Shown here: piece by piece, positions 12,435 through 24,419 of the stretch
Layout of the letters: each line of letters starts with the position of its first letter
How positions within the stretch are numbered: the first letter of the stretch is position 1
Source: Alphaproteobacteria bacterium
GTDB taxonomy: Bacteria > Pseudomonadota > Alphaproteobacteria > MPNO01 > UBA830
Length of the DNA: 64,000 nt
Assembly: GCA_964291215.2 (NCBI GenBank)
Contig: OZ219790.1
Span: 2,048,001 to 2,112,000, forward strand
Reading direction: 5' to 3'
Made by a program: the position numbers and the translations under genes
The notes under the pieces: generated by a model
The model's database searches: none
What the model was told of the DNA's origin: nothing
What the model saw: the letters and a program-made list of their open reading frames with translations, nothing else

Positions 12435-12630
12435 CCCGAAGTTCCAGAGCCGATCAGACGTAAGTGCCTGATAGAAATCACATTCAATAAATTTCAGCGG
12501 TCTGGGTACACCAGGGCTTCACGCCTAGGGTACACTAGGCCGAAGTTCCAGAGCCGATCAGTCCTAAGTACCTGATAGAAATGACATTCGATACATTTCA
12601 GCGGTCTGGGTACACTATGGCTTCACGCCC
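12435..12630. repeat. Tandem diverged duplication (about 100 bp) of the IS1634 right end
   Basis: CCGAAGTTCCAGAGCCGATCAG...TTTCAGCGGTCTGGGTACAC starts near 12436 and 12540, each shortly after a CTAG. Confidence 0.85.
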
Positions 12631-14240
12631 AGGAGCTTGAAAGCCCTTCTCTGGAACGGCGTGGGCCGTGTGGTGACCGGGAAGGGTTCGGCGCCCGCAA
12701 GGCGGGGCGCCACGGTGTTGCGGGTCGCAAGATCGCCGATGAGGGTGCGGAAGCTGTGCCCCCTCCGGGCGTCCTTTTCGTGGCCGCCTTGGCCCGGGCG
12801 CTCGCCGAGACTTCTGCCGGCGCCACGACGGACGGCCGCCTTCGGCATCCTCGTCGTCGAACAGCATGGGCTTCAGTCGCATGTGCCATTCGATGTAGTA
12901 GGCGAGCATGCACAGGAAGACGCGGACTCGGGGCGGTGGTAGACGGGGCGCACCTTCAGGTCCTTGAGGCTGCGGAAGGCCCGTTCCACGGAGCTCAACC
13001 GCTTGTAGGTCTGCACCGTGCCGGGACCGTCGAGCTCGCTCTGCGGCAGGCGGATCACGTAGAGGAGCCTGGCCTCGGCGGCGATGGCAGCCGCATCGCG
13101 CCCATAGGTGAAGACCCCCTCGTCGTCGATGGACCACGTGAAATGCTTGGCCATCCTGCCGATGACCTTTCGCTCCCCGATCTTCCCGGCGCCCGGCGCT
13201 GGTCTCGCTGCGGCAATCGGTGCGAGCCTCGGTGGCCTCGAGCAGTTCCTGGCGCTTGCGAGCCCGATCCAGCAGGGGGTTGCGGCAGAGGCGCTCGCCG
13301 GGATACGCATCGCTGGTGATCTCCACCAAGTCCCTCTCGTCGAAGAGCGACATCTCGACATCGCCGGCCTCCACTAGGGAACGGATGCCCCTCAAGGCGC
13401 TGGCCCGCAGGCTTCACCTCCTCGCGGGCCTCGGTCAGCATCCCCCACCAGCACCACCTTCGCCAGGGAGAACCGCTCCTGCAGCGTGGTGATCTGCGAG
13501 GACAGCGTCGCCGGGTGTTGCCGGGGAAGACCTGCACCGACACCCGTCCCGGTCGCACAGAAGGCCGACTGCAGCTTGCCCTTCTTGCCATCCCGGGAAT
13601 GACCCCGTTGGGCCAAGGGGCATGCCCTCCCCTCCATCCACACGGAAGTCAGGAGCACCAGGCAGCCCTCTTCGAGGTGCCGCCAGGGGATCTTCTCCTG
13701 ACGTTCCAGGAGCCGTAGAGGGCATTCTCGTCCAACTCCGCATCTCACCCAAGGTGCTGACCGCTGTCGCCAGCCTCCTGGCCAGCTTCGAGGCGGGCTC
13801 AAGGATGCGTGCCACGATCATGGCGAGAACCTGATCGCGCTCGGGAGAAGGCTTCGGGTCGATCCGCCGGTCCAGTTTCTTCAGGGTTCCCAGCACCGCG
13901 GCGACATGGGGAAGAGAGCGGACGAGGCGTCGTCGAGACCTGCGGTTCCTCCCTTGAGCAGAATGCGCAATCCCTCGATGAGAGCGGGCTTGGAAAGGTT
14001 GGCGAGGGTGCGCTTCTTGACCGTTCCGGCTTCGCGGCAGGACTCGCGGAGCAGGATGGCGGGCGGGGACGAGCGGTTGGGGATGGATTCGATATACATG
14101 GCTATAGGCGGCAGATCCATGGACGTCAAGCATCCAACATAATATTACATGGGTACAATATGACGCACGAAAAATCAGATAAACCACGCTGCATCAATGA
14201 CTTGACGTGCATTTCAACCGGAATTTTCTGGAACTTCGGG
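12435..14240 (-). mobile_element. IS1634-family element, eroded
   Basis: TIR CCCGAAGTTCCAG with CTAG flanks (12431, 14241). MYIESIPNRSSPPAILLRES, VERAFRSLK and VFLCMLAYYIEWHM motifs. Confidence 0.82.
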
Positions 14241-14413
14241 CTAGCCTGCGCCCAATAGCAATCACGAGACGCCGAGTAGGCGGCGAAGTGGCGCACTTGG
14301 CAGTCGTAGCAAGCGGAGTTCCTCGTGCCGCCACCGGTCTGACGTCTGCGCGCGCCTCGCGCCGGCGCCACGGGCCCTCGATGCGCAAGAAGCCGCGTCC
14401 GCCGAGTTTTCCG

Positions 14414-15613
14414 TCAGCCCAGTTCCCTTGCCCGCGCCAGGACTCCGATCATGGATGACTGGAGAAGATAGTTCCTTGCCGCCACGGGATCGGCGGCCGT
14501 CCGCCGCAATTCGTCGTGCTTTGTCCTGCGCGCATCCGCGTCGACCTCCTCGAGGAGCGCCTTGTTGCGCAAGGTCGCCAGCTGGACGTATTCGATTGCT
14601 ATCGGACGCCGTTGCGCATCGTAGCGATCAAGTTCACTCTCGTCCATTCGCCCGTGCCAGACGCCATCGAGCTTCTCGCAGAGATTGACGGCATCGTGAA
14701 TACCGCCGTTCATGCCCATTCCTCCCAGCGGATTGTTTATGTGCGCTGAATCTCCGGCAAGGAAGATCCGTCCCTTGCGATAGGTGTCGGCAACCCGCTG
14801 ATGCACCGCGTAGGCCGTGCGGTGATACGTCTCGTAGTCGCCGTCCTTGGGGCATATCCGCTGCATGCGCCGCTGCACCGACTCGTTGGTCACCAGCATC
14901 TCGGCGCTCTCCCCCGGTCGCGACGGCATCAGGAGACGCCACAGGCCGGGCACCCGCACGAAGACGAACCAGAAATCGACACCCGCAACATAGGCGATCG
15001 GCGCCAGATTCTCGAAATGTTCATCAAACGGATACGCCGTGCTCGCGCACAGCCACAACTCCGGAAAGGTCAGACCGTCGAATCCGATGCCCTGCTCGAT
15101 GCGGACGACGCTCGAGGCGCCGTCGGCCGCGACGAGATAGCGCCCGCGCAGCGTTTCGCGGCCCCCTAGCGTCTCGACTTCGACGGAAACGCCGTCATCA
15201 TCCTGTGCCGCAGCCACGACGCGGTTCTGGAAACGCACGTCGACGCTGCCCGCCCGGGCGAGTTCCTCGACGATGATCTGGGTCAGCTTGTACTGCTCAC
15301 ACTGCACGCGATAGGGGTGCCTGGTATCGTTTTCGAGCACTCCGAGATCCCATTCCGCGATGACGCCGTCTCGGGCATCCCGATACTGCCAGACCGGACA
15401 GATGATGCCCTCCGAAATGAGGCGCTCGACGACGCCGAGTTCGTCGAGCATGTCCAGGGTCGGCGGGTGAAACGTCGAGGCGCGCAGATCCTCGGGGAGT
15501 TCGGCGCACGCTTCGAGAAGCGTTACCGGAATGCCGTTTTGCGACAGCTGCAGCGCCGCCACACAGCCGACCGGGCCGGCACCGGCTATCAGAACGCGAT
15601 CATCGCCTCTCAT
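14414..15613 (-). CDS. FAD-dependent monooxygenase (aromatic hydroxylase-like)
   Basis: IAGAGPVG, ADGASS and LAGDSAH motifs; intact ORF. Confidence 0.9.
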   Translation of the reverse strand: MRGDDRVLIAGAGPVGCVAALQLSQNGIPVTLLEACAELPEDLRASTFHPPTLDMLDELGVVERLISEGIICPVWQYRDARDGVIAEWDLGVLENDTRHPYRVQCEQYKLTQIIVEELARAGSVDVRFQNRVVAAAQDDDGVSVEVETLGGRETLRGRYLVAADGASSVVRIEQGIGFDGLTFPELWLCASTAYPFDEHFENLAPIAYVAGVDFWFVFVRVPGLWRLLMPSRPGESAEMLVTNESVQRRMQRICPKDGDYETYHRTAYAVHQRVADTYRKGRIFLAGDSAHINNPLGGMGMNGGIHDAVNLCEKLDGVWHGRMDESELDRYDAQRRPIAIEYVQLATLRNKALLEEVDADARRTKHDELRRTAADPVAARNYLLQSSMIGVLARARELG

Positions 15614-15656
15614 GAATGCGCGCCCGCCGGCCGAACTGCGGATCGGGAGAACGACA

Positions 15657-16073
15657 TCATCCGTCCAGCAGTCCTTCTTCCCTAGCCTGGTCGAGGGCTT
15701 CGGCGGCGCTGCGGAACGCATCGACACCTGCCGGAATACCGCAATACACGGTTGCATGGGCAAGTGCGTCGCGGATTTCCTCGACCGTGCAGCCGTTCCT
15801 CAACGCGCCGCGGGTGTGGGCCTTCAGCTCATGCATCTTGCCAAGCGCGGTGAGGATCGCCAGATTCATCAGGCTCCGCATCTTGTGATCCAGCGTGTCG
15901 TTGGTCCACGCCCCGCCCCAACAATACTCGGTGACCATGGTCTGGATCACGCCCGTGAACGGATCCGTCTTGGCCCGTTCGATCTGGGGGTCGACATAGG
16001 TCTTGCCAAGCACTTTCCTGCGCACTGCGAGACCCGCGTCGAATAGTTTTTCGTTAGTTGGTTCAATAGCCAT
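15657..16073 (-). CDS. Carboxymuconolactone decarboxylase family protein
   Basis: GLAVRRKVLG, EYCWGGAW and HTRGALRNG...YCGIPAG motifs. Confidence 0.9.
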   Translation of the reverse strand: MAIEPTNEKLFDAGLAVRRKVLGKTYVDPQIERAKTDPFTGVIQTMVTEYCWGGAWTNDTLDHKMRSLMNLAILTALGKMHELKAHTRGALRNGCTVEEIRDALAHATVYCGIPAGVDAFRSAAEALDQAREEGLLDG

Positions 16074-16464
16074 GCCTTGATCTCCCGTGGCAGGTTGAGG
16101 CGTATCCGGAAGGGGACGGATCCTCGAAATTATCGGACCCGCTGGGCGCCGAAACTGGCACAACGGATCCCCCTGCGCAAGAAACCCGCGATTCTGCTGA
16201 TGCCACCCCGCCGGGGCCGGTTGCGGCCCCGAAAACCGCCCCCGTTCCAGCTTCACTGCCGGGACGGCAATCCTCACGCAGGCATTTCTGCCTTCCATCG
16301 CCAATGCCCGGAAATCCGGAATCGAGCGAGTAAGGCGAAGCCCTCGCGGCAAAGGGCTGCCGTCTCGCCAATCTGCGCATCGACCTCTCCCTTGGGCAAC
16401 TGTGCATACCGGCGGCCGGCGGCTAATCGCGGCCAACCCAACATGAGTGCGCGTGGCGACGCAG

Positions 16465-16595
16465 GATCTGCGAACATACGAACCCCAACGCTGGCCCGAT
16501 GTCGTGTTGTCTGCGGCTCGAAGAGCGGCAATATATCTGGTGCGCATTTCTCCGATGTCTGTCAGATTCTCCCTGCCTCATGCAAACGGCCGCGG
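16465..16595 (-). pseudogene. 3' remnant of a Fic-like 'mobile mystery protein B' gene
   Basis: FA*GRENLTDIGEMRTRYIAALRAADN followed by frameshifted DIGPALGF. Confidence 0.55.
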
Positions 16596-16600
16596 CCCTT

Positions 16601-17440
16601 TCAATCTGACACCATTGAGTTCATTGATTTCTGCATATCGAGTTTCCGCATCGCTCGGTGATATTCGTTGAAATTGAGGAGGATCTTGTAACCCTGCCAG
16701 AGTTTCTCGGTTCCCGGCAGGGGTTGGCGTTTGCCGGGGATGAAGCCTGCCACGCGTGCGACCTCGATGGCGAAGACTTTGATGGTCGGTTCAGGATCGG
16801 GAGGTCCACGCGGTTGGTGTCGTCTGACGGGCTTGTGGATGTTCAGGACCGTGATCTCGTCGCGGTGGACGATGTAGCTGGCCGGCGTGCGAGACGCTCG
16901 ACAGTCATGACGCGGCATGCGGTGATGGCGTCGAAGGCCGGACACTTCCTCAGGTCGTCGGCCTGGCCGGTCCTCGATCCGTGTGCCGACCTTCAGGGCC
17001 TTGAAGTATTCTTCAATCAGCCATCGCCTTTCGTGGAAGGAGATGGTGTCGAGGGCAGCGGTGACGTCGCCTTCGGTGGTGAGCAGCATCCAGTCGAGGG
17101 GATCTGCCGGTGGGCCGGGTTCCGTGATGTGTACGGCCATCATGGAGAGCGGCGGCGTTCCCCGGGGCTTCCGGTCCGGTGGCGCAAGGTCGACCCTTGC
17201 CGTGCGGCCTTCGAGGCCCTTGCGCTCCTTGCGGCGGCGCGGCCCTCCGCAGGCTGCGATGTCGATCGGCCTGGTCGCGATGCACGGCTCATCGGCCATG
17301 TGGTCCCGAAGGTCCCGTTGCGCGCCCGTTGCGGTGACCACGCGGCGGCATGTCGAGCGCCTGACGCGCACCAGCAGACCAGCTCCGGGCCAGCAGGTCC
17401 CGGATGTCGCCTTCACGGATCACCAGCACCCTTGTCGAGG
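16601..17440 (-). pseudogene. IS4-family (Tn5-like) transposase, 3' part
   Basis: WMLLTT, RWLIEEYFKALKVG and GKRQPLPGTEKLWQG motifs. Confidence 0.82.
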
Positions 17441-18329
17441 GAGATTACGCAACCTGATGTCTGGAAATTGTCGTGAATCTGATCGAGCTGTTCCCATTTG
17501 ATGTATGCCTTGGTTTCGGTTTCCCATTTTTCGTCGATGAGGACTGCGGTTGAGAGGCGCTCCAACGAGGCGAGGTTCGGAAAGACCCTGACTTTGGAGG
17601 TGCGCCGCTTGAGCTCTTGCCGGATCGGTCGCTCGATACCGTTCAAGGTTCGCATACGTTTGCGGTGAGCATCGGGCAAGGTGAAGACAGCGAGCCCCGC
17701 ATTCTTTTCCAGCCAGGAAGCCTGGATGCTTGTCGCGATAGCTGGCCACGAGGGCGCCCAGTTCAGCCTCGGCGGTTTGGAGTGAGGAGGCGTGGCTCCG
17801 AGCTGTTTTCCGATACGTTTCCTGATGTCGTTGTTCGGTGCGTGCTGCACGGCGTTTTGTGCCAAGTGGAACTGGCAGCGCTGCCACGTCGCCGCGCCCA
17901 GCACCGCGCGTCGTGCCGCTTTCAGCCCGGCATGGTCATCCGAGACGATGAAGGTCGTACCATGCAGGGCTAGCAAGCTTTCCAGGAAGGCTCTCCAATG
18001 GACCTCGGCCTCGGAGAGCGCCACAGAGAGCCCCGGAACGTGCCTGCAGCCCCTATTCCGATGGCCGAGAGCATTGCAACATCGCGCACAACGCCGTCAT
18101 GGCGGGCTTTTTCATAGCGCGCATCCAGGATCAGGTATTTCATCAGGGGCGGGTTGCGCGGCGAGTTCTTCATCGAGCAACCTGGTGGCCCGGCTGACCT
18201 GAGAAGAGGACAGGCTCCCGAACTCGCGCATTACATCCTGCCGCGTGGAAACACCCTTGATGTACATCTCGGCTACGGCGCGAGAAGATCGCTGGCCGCG
18301 TTCAAGCGACTGGGGATAGAAAAAAAACG
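17441..18329 (-). pseudogene. IS256 copy 2, 5' truncated
   Basis: Near-identical to 8815-9691, with the right TIR at about 17441. Confidence 0.88.
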
Positions 18330-20417
18330 GGGATACTGTAACTTGATGTCTGGAAATTTGTCTGAGGTTTGCGCTTTGAGGCGTTTTACTGGGGGAGGGG
18401 GGGCTAGCCCTCGCATGTCACGGAAATTTTAGCTGGACAACGGTGTTTCAGCGTGGCATAAGTGTCCCATGTCACAGATCAGCCGCACATTGCGGGACGA
18501 GGCAGCAGTTGCGCGGATTGCGTCGCTGCTGTCCTGTGAGCAGTTCGACAGCCGGTCGGCTCTGGGTCGTCTGCGAGGAGTTTGCCTTTGTCGACGCGCG
18601 CGGCCGTCTGCAGCTTGCCGGCTGCCTGAGGGCGCTGGGCGCCCGGAGATCGTCCTGCCGGCGCCGAAGTCACCGACAATCGACCGCCGGCCTCGCCTGT
18701 TGGTATCGCTGCAGAAGTTCCGGCGCGCGCATTCGGGATCATCGTGGTCGGGGATCGTATTGACCGGGCGGTCACGCTGATTGCGCGTGAACACCCGCGA
18801 CGACCTTCGCCGGCTGCCAATATCTTGTGGGCTCGGCGCACGGGTGGCGCGGCGGGGTTTGCCGCGGCTGCGCAGCGCGGGACCGCTGGATGGAACGACG
18901 GGCAGCGCCGGGGCCACCTGCAGCTGATCGTCTGTCTGAGCCGTTTCTTGATCAGGTGCTTTGCCCGCCCAGCGATGTGCGCATCCTGCGCCGCGTGACT
19001 TCGAGGACCGTTTCGACCATGGCTCAGTTTTGCCGATGAAGGTTACCCTGCCTGCGCGCGGCCAACTTCCTGTGCAGGACCGAAGGCCGGCAGGACCGGG
19101 AGACGGTGAAGACGGTCTTCGTGGCCGAACTGGAGCGCTCGTGGCGCAGGAAGCTGGGGAGGTCGATCATGCGCCCTCGCCGGGAGAGGGTCTGAACGAC
19201 TGGGCGCAGAACGAGTTTGGAGGGGGGTGACAAGCGACTTTCTGCGCGCCTGGAGCGCCGGCCTTCTGGCGACCGGTCAGAAGATCAATGCGTCTCCCAG
19301 CGCCGACAACACCGCGATCAATGCGTTTTACCGGATGGTCGCCCTCGGAGATCACGCCGGCGAACATTCTTGCGCCGCACCGGCAGCATCCGTGGCCAGA
19401 AGACGGTTCTTGCCGGACGGCACGGACCTGAACTTCTCCCGGCCTGCAGGTGAGAACCAGACCGGGGCCTCAAGCCTGCATGCGACCCTGGCGGTGACTG
19501 ACCTGCCACTCGGGGTGCTGGGTCCGGTGAAGCCCCGGTCGCAGGAGACACGCCGCAGCTCGAGGGGTTCAAGGCGCTGCCACCCCGGCGGCAAGACGCG
19601 CGTCATCTCCGTCGAGAAGCCGACATCTTCGAGCTGTTCGACACGCGCTTGCCCCGCGTCGATCTGCGCGCCAAGCATGACAGGGTGCTGAAGGAGGGAA
19701 GGCTGTTCGCCGTCATGGCCGGCGGCCTGATTGAGATCGAGGGACTGACGAAGCAAGCCAGCCGGAAGAAGGCCCGCGCGACAGAAGCGCCTGGCGAGTT
19801 GCGGTCCGTCACCCGTGACGGGCACCGCCCCCAGCGCGAAGCCGGTGTCCCTGCACGGGGTCAGGGAGCGCCCGAAGGTGAGGATCCCGTGGTGCCTGCT
19901 GACCACCGTGCGGGTCGGCGAAGGAGGCGGCCGACATCGTCGGCTTCTACCTTCAGCGCTGGCGAATCGAGGATTACGTGCTCAAATCCGGATGCAGGGT
20001 GGAACACCTTCTGTTCCGCACCGCCTGCAGCGGGCGATCAACGCCGTCATCGCGCATCATGACCCGGCCGCCAGGTGCGAGCCGCAGCTGATGTTCACCG
20101 ACAGCGAACTCGCGCGACTACGCACACAAGTACGCCCTGAAGGAACCGGAGCGTCTCGCCGATGCGGTGCACCTGGTCGCCCATCTCGGCGGCTACCGCA
20201 GCACGCCCGGGTCACCAGATCATGTGGCCAGACACACCAGTGCCGCACTGGGTCACCAAATCGGCCGGGAAATCGGGTTCCGGGATGGACAAAGACACGC
20301 GTGAACACGTAAACCATTGTCAACCAGATTTGTCATGACACGGCAGGGCTAGCCCCCCAGTGAAACGCCTCAAAGCGCAAACCTCAGACAAATTTCCAGA
20401 CATCAAGTTACAGTACC
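18330..20417. mobile_element. Composite of two inverted IS256 left ends enclosing an IS4/DUF4338 element
   Basis: 18330-18403 and 20353-20417 are inverted copies of the IS256 left end and hairpin arm. Confidence 0.75.
18408..20348 (+). mobile_element. IS4/DUF4338 element, copy B, eroded, without IS30
   Basis: CTAG at 18404 and 20349. Inverted near-copy of 5309-8494. Confidence 0.85.
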
Positions 20418-21300
20418 GATCGCCGCCCGCGCCCGCCCCAGGCGGCGCCGGAAGGCAGGCCGCTGCGCTCAACCATCGCGTGTTCGTCGACCATGGACAA
20501 CAATTTCGGAGAAAGGGCTGTCAGGGGCCCGGCCAACGGGCGGAAGCCCGGCTTCGGTTCCGACAGCATGGACGGTTGTCATGTACACGGCACGGTCGCG
20601 AGGAGCGGCCTCGACGTTCTGCGCTGGCGCCTGCGCGGAGAACGGCGGCCCGGCGATCTGTCGCCTTGGTTGCCGTGAGCCCGGAGAGGCGGCGGAGATT
20701 CGCAGCGCCGCCGTGAGGTCGAGGGCGCGACTTCATGGTCGCGCAGATGCGGCTGCTGAGCGAACTGACGATCACGGAGCGGACCCCATCGCCCGCGCCT
20801 TCTGCCGCCGCCAGCCCCGAAGCTGATCACACCGCCGCCCCGAAGACCCTCGACGAGCCCCGCCCGCTGACACTGCCTCGGATACACGCGCCTGGCGGCG
20901 CCGCAGATGCGCTACGCGGTTCATGACCGGAACGGCGAGCCGCTGCTTCTCGACCGCCGCATGGACCGCGCGCTGCAACACCACGCCCGTGCCCTGCGAG
21001 ACCCTGGTCGAGGTCCCGCGCCGCGGCGTCTGCCGGCCGCGTCGGAACAACCAGCGGCCGCTACGACCGACATGACAGAAGCCGAAGAAGGACATCTGGC
21101 CCGCTCCGCAAGGACTGGAAGCGGACCCTCAATCGCTGACCCCTGCAACCGGCACGGGATGGCGCTCAGCTCCTCCTCCGCAGCGCCGGGACAAAACCGC
21201 GACCAATGCGGAAAACACGGCATCGCGCCAGTGCCCCTCACCGCGCATCCCGGTGCACGAAACCGCTCCGGATGACGCTGGAACTTCCTGACAAAAGCCC
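20418..21300 (+). pseudogene. Remnants of an IS66-type transposase C-terminus and a DUF4338-like gene
   Basis: MDNNFGERAVRGP and LGYTRLAAPQMRYAVHDRNGEPL fragments. Confidence 0.55.
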
Positions 21301-21792
21301 GTCAAACGGACGAAAACAACAACACCTCACCCCACGAACGAACGCTTATCAGTTTTTCTGCCGATAATCACAAGGCGATAACCTGTTGGCATGCAGCATG
21401 AAACAGGCGATCGCCTGATTTATCGAATATTGCAATGAGGCCTTGGCCTGCTGACTTGCCTGATGCGGGCCATGTATGTGACGCTGGGTTTCCGCCCGGC
21501 CTGAACGACCCCGCCACCTTCAGCGCCTGACGCCGTCCTGCAGGCGAACCGATGGAGCCACCAAGATGTGTCGGAACTCCCTTTTGTCGTCCGGCAAGCC
21601 GGAAAGGCTGCAATGATATTGCCTGTTGGGCCGCAACCATATTTGATGGTGTCGAATGCCCCTGACAGGCCCGTTCTTCCCGAACCAAAGCCCAGCCCGC
21701 GCAAAAATGGTCCCGAGGAGATCCCATACACATCGGCCCGGCCCTGTGGTAGTCTACGCTGGTATCAGCTTCCCGAGCACGGAATCAGCAGC

Positions 21793-22389
21793 ATGTCGGA
21801 TTTCAACCTTCGCGATGGCGACACCATCGACTTCCTCCTGTCGCGCCGCTCCATCCTCGCCCGCATGATGGACGGACCCGGTCCCGACGAACAGGACCTG
21901 CGCAAGATCATGGAAGCGGGAATGCGGGTTCCCGATCACGGGCGGCTGGCGCCGTGGCGTTTCATCGTCATACGCGGAGATGCACGCGAAAGGCTCGGCG
22001 CGACCCTCGGCACCGCCTTCCTCAAAAACAACCCCGATGCGATCGAGGAGCAGGTTGGGCTCGAACGCGAACGCCTTACCCGGGCGCCCGTCGTGATCGC
22101 GGTCGTGTCAAAGACCGTCAAGGAACACAAGATCCCGGAATGGGAGCAAATACTGTCGTCCGGGGCCGCCTGCCAGACCATGCTAATCGCTGCACTCTCC
22201 ATGGGATACGCGGCCCAGTGGATCACCGAATGGTACGCGTACGATCCCGAGGTAAAGCGGGCGCTAGGGCTGGATACAGACGACCAGATCGCCGGCTTTC
22301 TCTATCTCGGGCACGAAGCCGAGGAGCCGACGGAACGCAACCGCCCGGACTATGACGACATCGTTTCGGAGTGGATGCCGACCGGCTGA
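21793..22389 (+). CDS. Nitroreductase (YdjA-like)
   Basis: LLSRRS, RVPDHGRLAPWRF and AQWITEW motifs. Confidence 0.92.
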   Translation: MSDFNLRDGDTIDFLLSRRSILARMMDGPGPDEQDLRKIMEAGMRVPDHGRLAPWRFIVIRGDARERLGATLGTAFLKNNPDAIEEQVGLERERLTRAPVVIAVVSKTVKEHKIPEWEQILSSGAACQTMLIAALSMGYAAQWITEWYAYDPEVKRALGLDTDDQIAGFLYLGHEAEEPTERNRPDYDDIVSEWMPTG

Positions 22390-22425
22390 CCCGCCCTTCC
22401 CCGGACACGGAGAACGGCCGCGTCC

Positions 22426-23415
22426 CTACGCGCCCATCGCCAGAACTACCTTGCCGCGGATCCGGCGGTCGCGCAGGACTTTGCAGGCCACGGTAACGTC
22501 CTCGAGCGGATAGACGGCTTGGATCGGCATTTCGACGCTACCGGATGCGATCAGGTCGAATATCTCGGCTTGCACTTCGCGCACGCGCGCCGGCTCTCGT
22601 TCGCGGTATTCAGCCCAGTTCAGACCAGCGACGGCGATGTTCTTGAGAAGCGTGTAATTGGTGCGAACCGCCGGAATCGTTCCACTGGCAAAGCCCACGA
22701 CGATCGCGCGGCCGCCGAATTCGAGCGCCCTGATGGCGCCGTCGAACGCATCGCCGCCAAGCATCTCGACCACGACATCGACGCCGCCGCCGGTGATCGC
22801 CCGGACCTGCTCCCGAATCGAATCCCTGAGGTCGCCGGCCGACAGGTCGACCAGATGCCGCGCACCGGCAGCAACGGCAGCATCGCTCTTGTCCATGGTC
22901 GTCAGCCCGGCAATGGCCTCGCAGCCATGCGCTGCAGCAAGCTGCAGCGCCGCCAGCCCGACGCTACCAGATGCGCCCGTGACCAGTACCCGATCGCCGG
23001 CCGCCGCGCGCGCGCGTTCGTGGAGCGCGAAATGCGCCGTCTGGAACGCGATGCCGCAGGCAGCCGCCTGCTCGAAGCTCACGCCGTCGGGAACCGGGTA
23101 GCAGTTTTTCTCGGCAACGACGATCTCTTCCGCGTAGGCGCCCCATTCCACCTGCGCCATGACGCGGTCGCCGGGCTCAAAGAGCGTTACCTCTCCGCCG
23201 ACCGCAGTGACGACTCCGGCCCCTTCCTTGCCCGGCGTGAACGGAAGCGGCGGACGCACCTGGTACTTGCCCTCGATGACCAGCAGGTCGGGAAAATTGA
23301 CCGCAGCGGCCCTGCATCCGACCACCACCTCGTCAGGACCGGGTTCCCGCCCGGACATGTCTTCAACGACTAGATTCTCGGGAGGCCCGAGTGCCTTCAC
23401 GACCGCTGCGCGCAT
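22426..23415 (-). CDS. NADPH:quinone oxidoreductase (MDR family)
   Basis: VNFPDLL, PFTPGKE and VTGASGSVG motifs. Confidence 0.92.
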   Translation of the reverse strand: MRAAVVKALGPPENLVVEDMSGREPGPDEVVVGCRAAAVNFPDLLVIEGKYQVRPPLPFTPGKEGAGVVTAVGGEVTLFEPGDRVMAQVEWGAYAEEIVVAEKNCYPVPDGVSFEQAAACGIAFQTAHFALHERARAAAGDRVLVTGASGSVGLAALQLAAAHGCEAIAGLTTMDKSDAAVAAGARHLVDLSAGDLRDSIREQVRAITGGGVDVVVEMLGGDAFDGAIRALEFGGRAIVVGFASGTIPAVRTNYTLLKNIAVAGLNWAEYREREPARVREVQAEIFDLIASGSVEMPIQAVYPLEDVTVACKVLRDRRIRGKVVLAMGA

Positions 23416-23504
23416 GCTTGCTCCATTACTGTCCCACCGCCGGCGCCTTCGCCAGACAGGTGGCCGTTTTCCATGAGGAGGCCGGGTACGGGACGCTCTG
23501 CGTT

Positions 23505-24275
23505 CTACGCTTCGAGGATGCGCCACCCCCGGCTGCCCATGACTTCCAGCGGACGGAAGCGCGCCTTGTAGTCCATCTTCTCCGAACCCTCAATCCAGTA
23601 GCCGAGATAGACCATCGACAGGCCGAGTTCCCGGGCGCGGGCGACCATTGACAGGATCATGTAGGTGCCAAGACTGCGGCGCTCGAGCCGGGCGTCAAAG
23701 AAGCTGTAGACCGCCGACAGCGAATCGCGCAGGCGATCCATCAGCATGACCGCAACGAGCGTCCCGTCGGAATCGCGGTATTCGACAATGCGCGACGCCA
23801 CCGGCGAGTCTTCGACCATCTCACGATAGTCCTCGAATGACATCGACGACATCTCGCCGCCGCCGTGGCGAGTCTGCTGGTAGGCCTCGAAGAGGCAGTA
23901 CTGCTCCTCCGTTGCCATCACATCCATGTCGACCAGCGTCAGGTCGGCGTTGCGGTTGATGACCCGTCTGAAGGACCTGGTCGGCTGGAAGTCCGGGACC
24001 ACGATGCGGACCGGCACGCAGGCGTCGCATTGCGGGCAGGCGGGCCTGTAGGCGACGCCGTGGCTACGCCGAAAACCGGCTTCCGACAACCACTCGTAGA
24101 GATCGTCGGCGTCGGGTCCCGACAGATGGGTAACGACCTTCCGTTCCATGCGGCCCTGGATATAGGGACACGGCAGGATGCGCGTACCGAAGAAGAGACG
24201 TTCCGGATCCGTCAGTGGCTGATTCATGTCCGGGCTCAGGGACGACGGGTCCGGGACGCCCGCCGCGCTCTCCAT
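23505..24275 (-). CDS. Arginyltransferase-like protein (ATE/Bpt family)
   Basis: PCPY, GFRRS, YRPAC, SAVYSFFD and YLGYWI...KMDYK motifs. The start could instead be 24227. Confidence 0.9.
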   Translation of the reverse strand: MESAAGVPDPSSLSPDMNQPLTDPERLFFGTRILPCPYIQGRMERKVVTHLSGPDADDLYEWLSEAGFRRSHGVAYRPACPQCDACVPVRIVVPDFQPTRSFRRVINRNADLTLVDMDVMATEEQYCLFEAYQQTRHGGGEMSSMSFEDYREMVEDSPVASRIVEYRDSDGTLVAVMLMDRLRDSLSAVYSFFDARLERRSLGTYMILSMVARARELGLSMVYLGYWIEGSEKMDYKARFRPLEVMGSRGWRILEA

Positions 24276-24419
24276 CGTGTTGTCACGGTGCCGGCAACCA
24301 GGTGGCAACGCCCGGGACCGGCGATCCGTACAGAGAACCCCAGTCTAGCGTGGCATGCACGGCGTTCAAGGCCGCGCATGCGGGCGGGTACGCGCCGCCC
24401 GCATGCCTCGCGACCTTCG

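Noticed and set aside
21360-21740. Lower-GC stretch with short ORFs upstream of the nitroreductase
   Set aside because: No recognisable motif; cannot be assigned without a search
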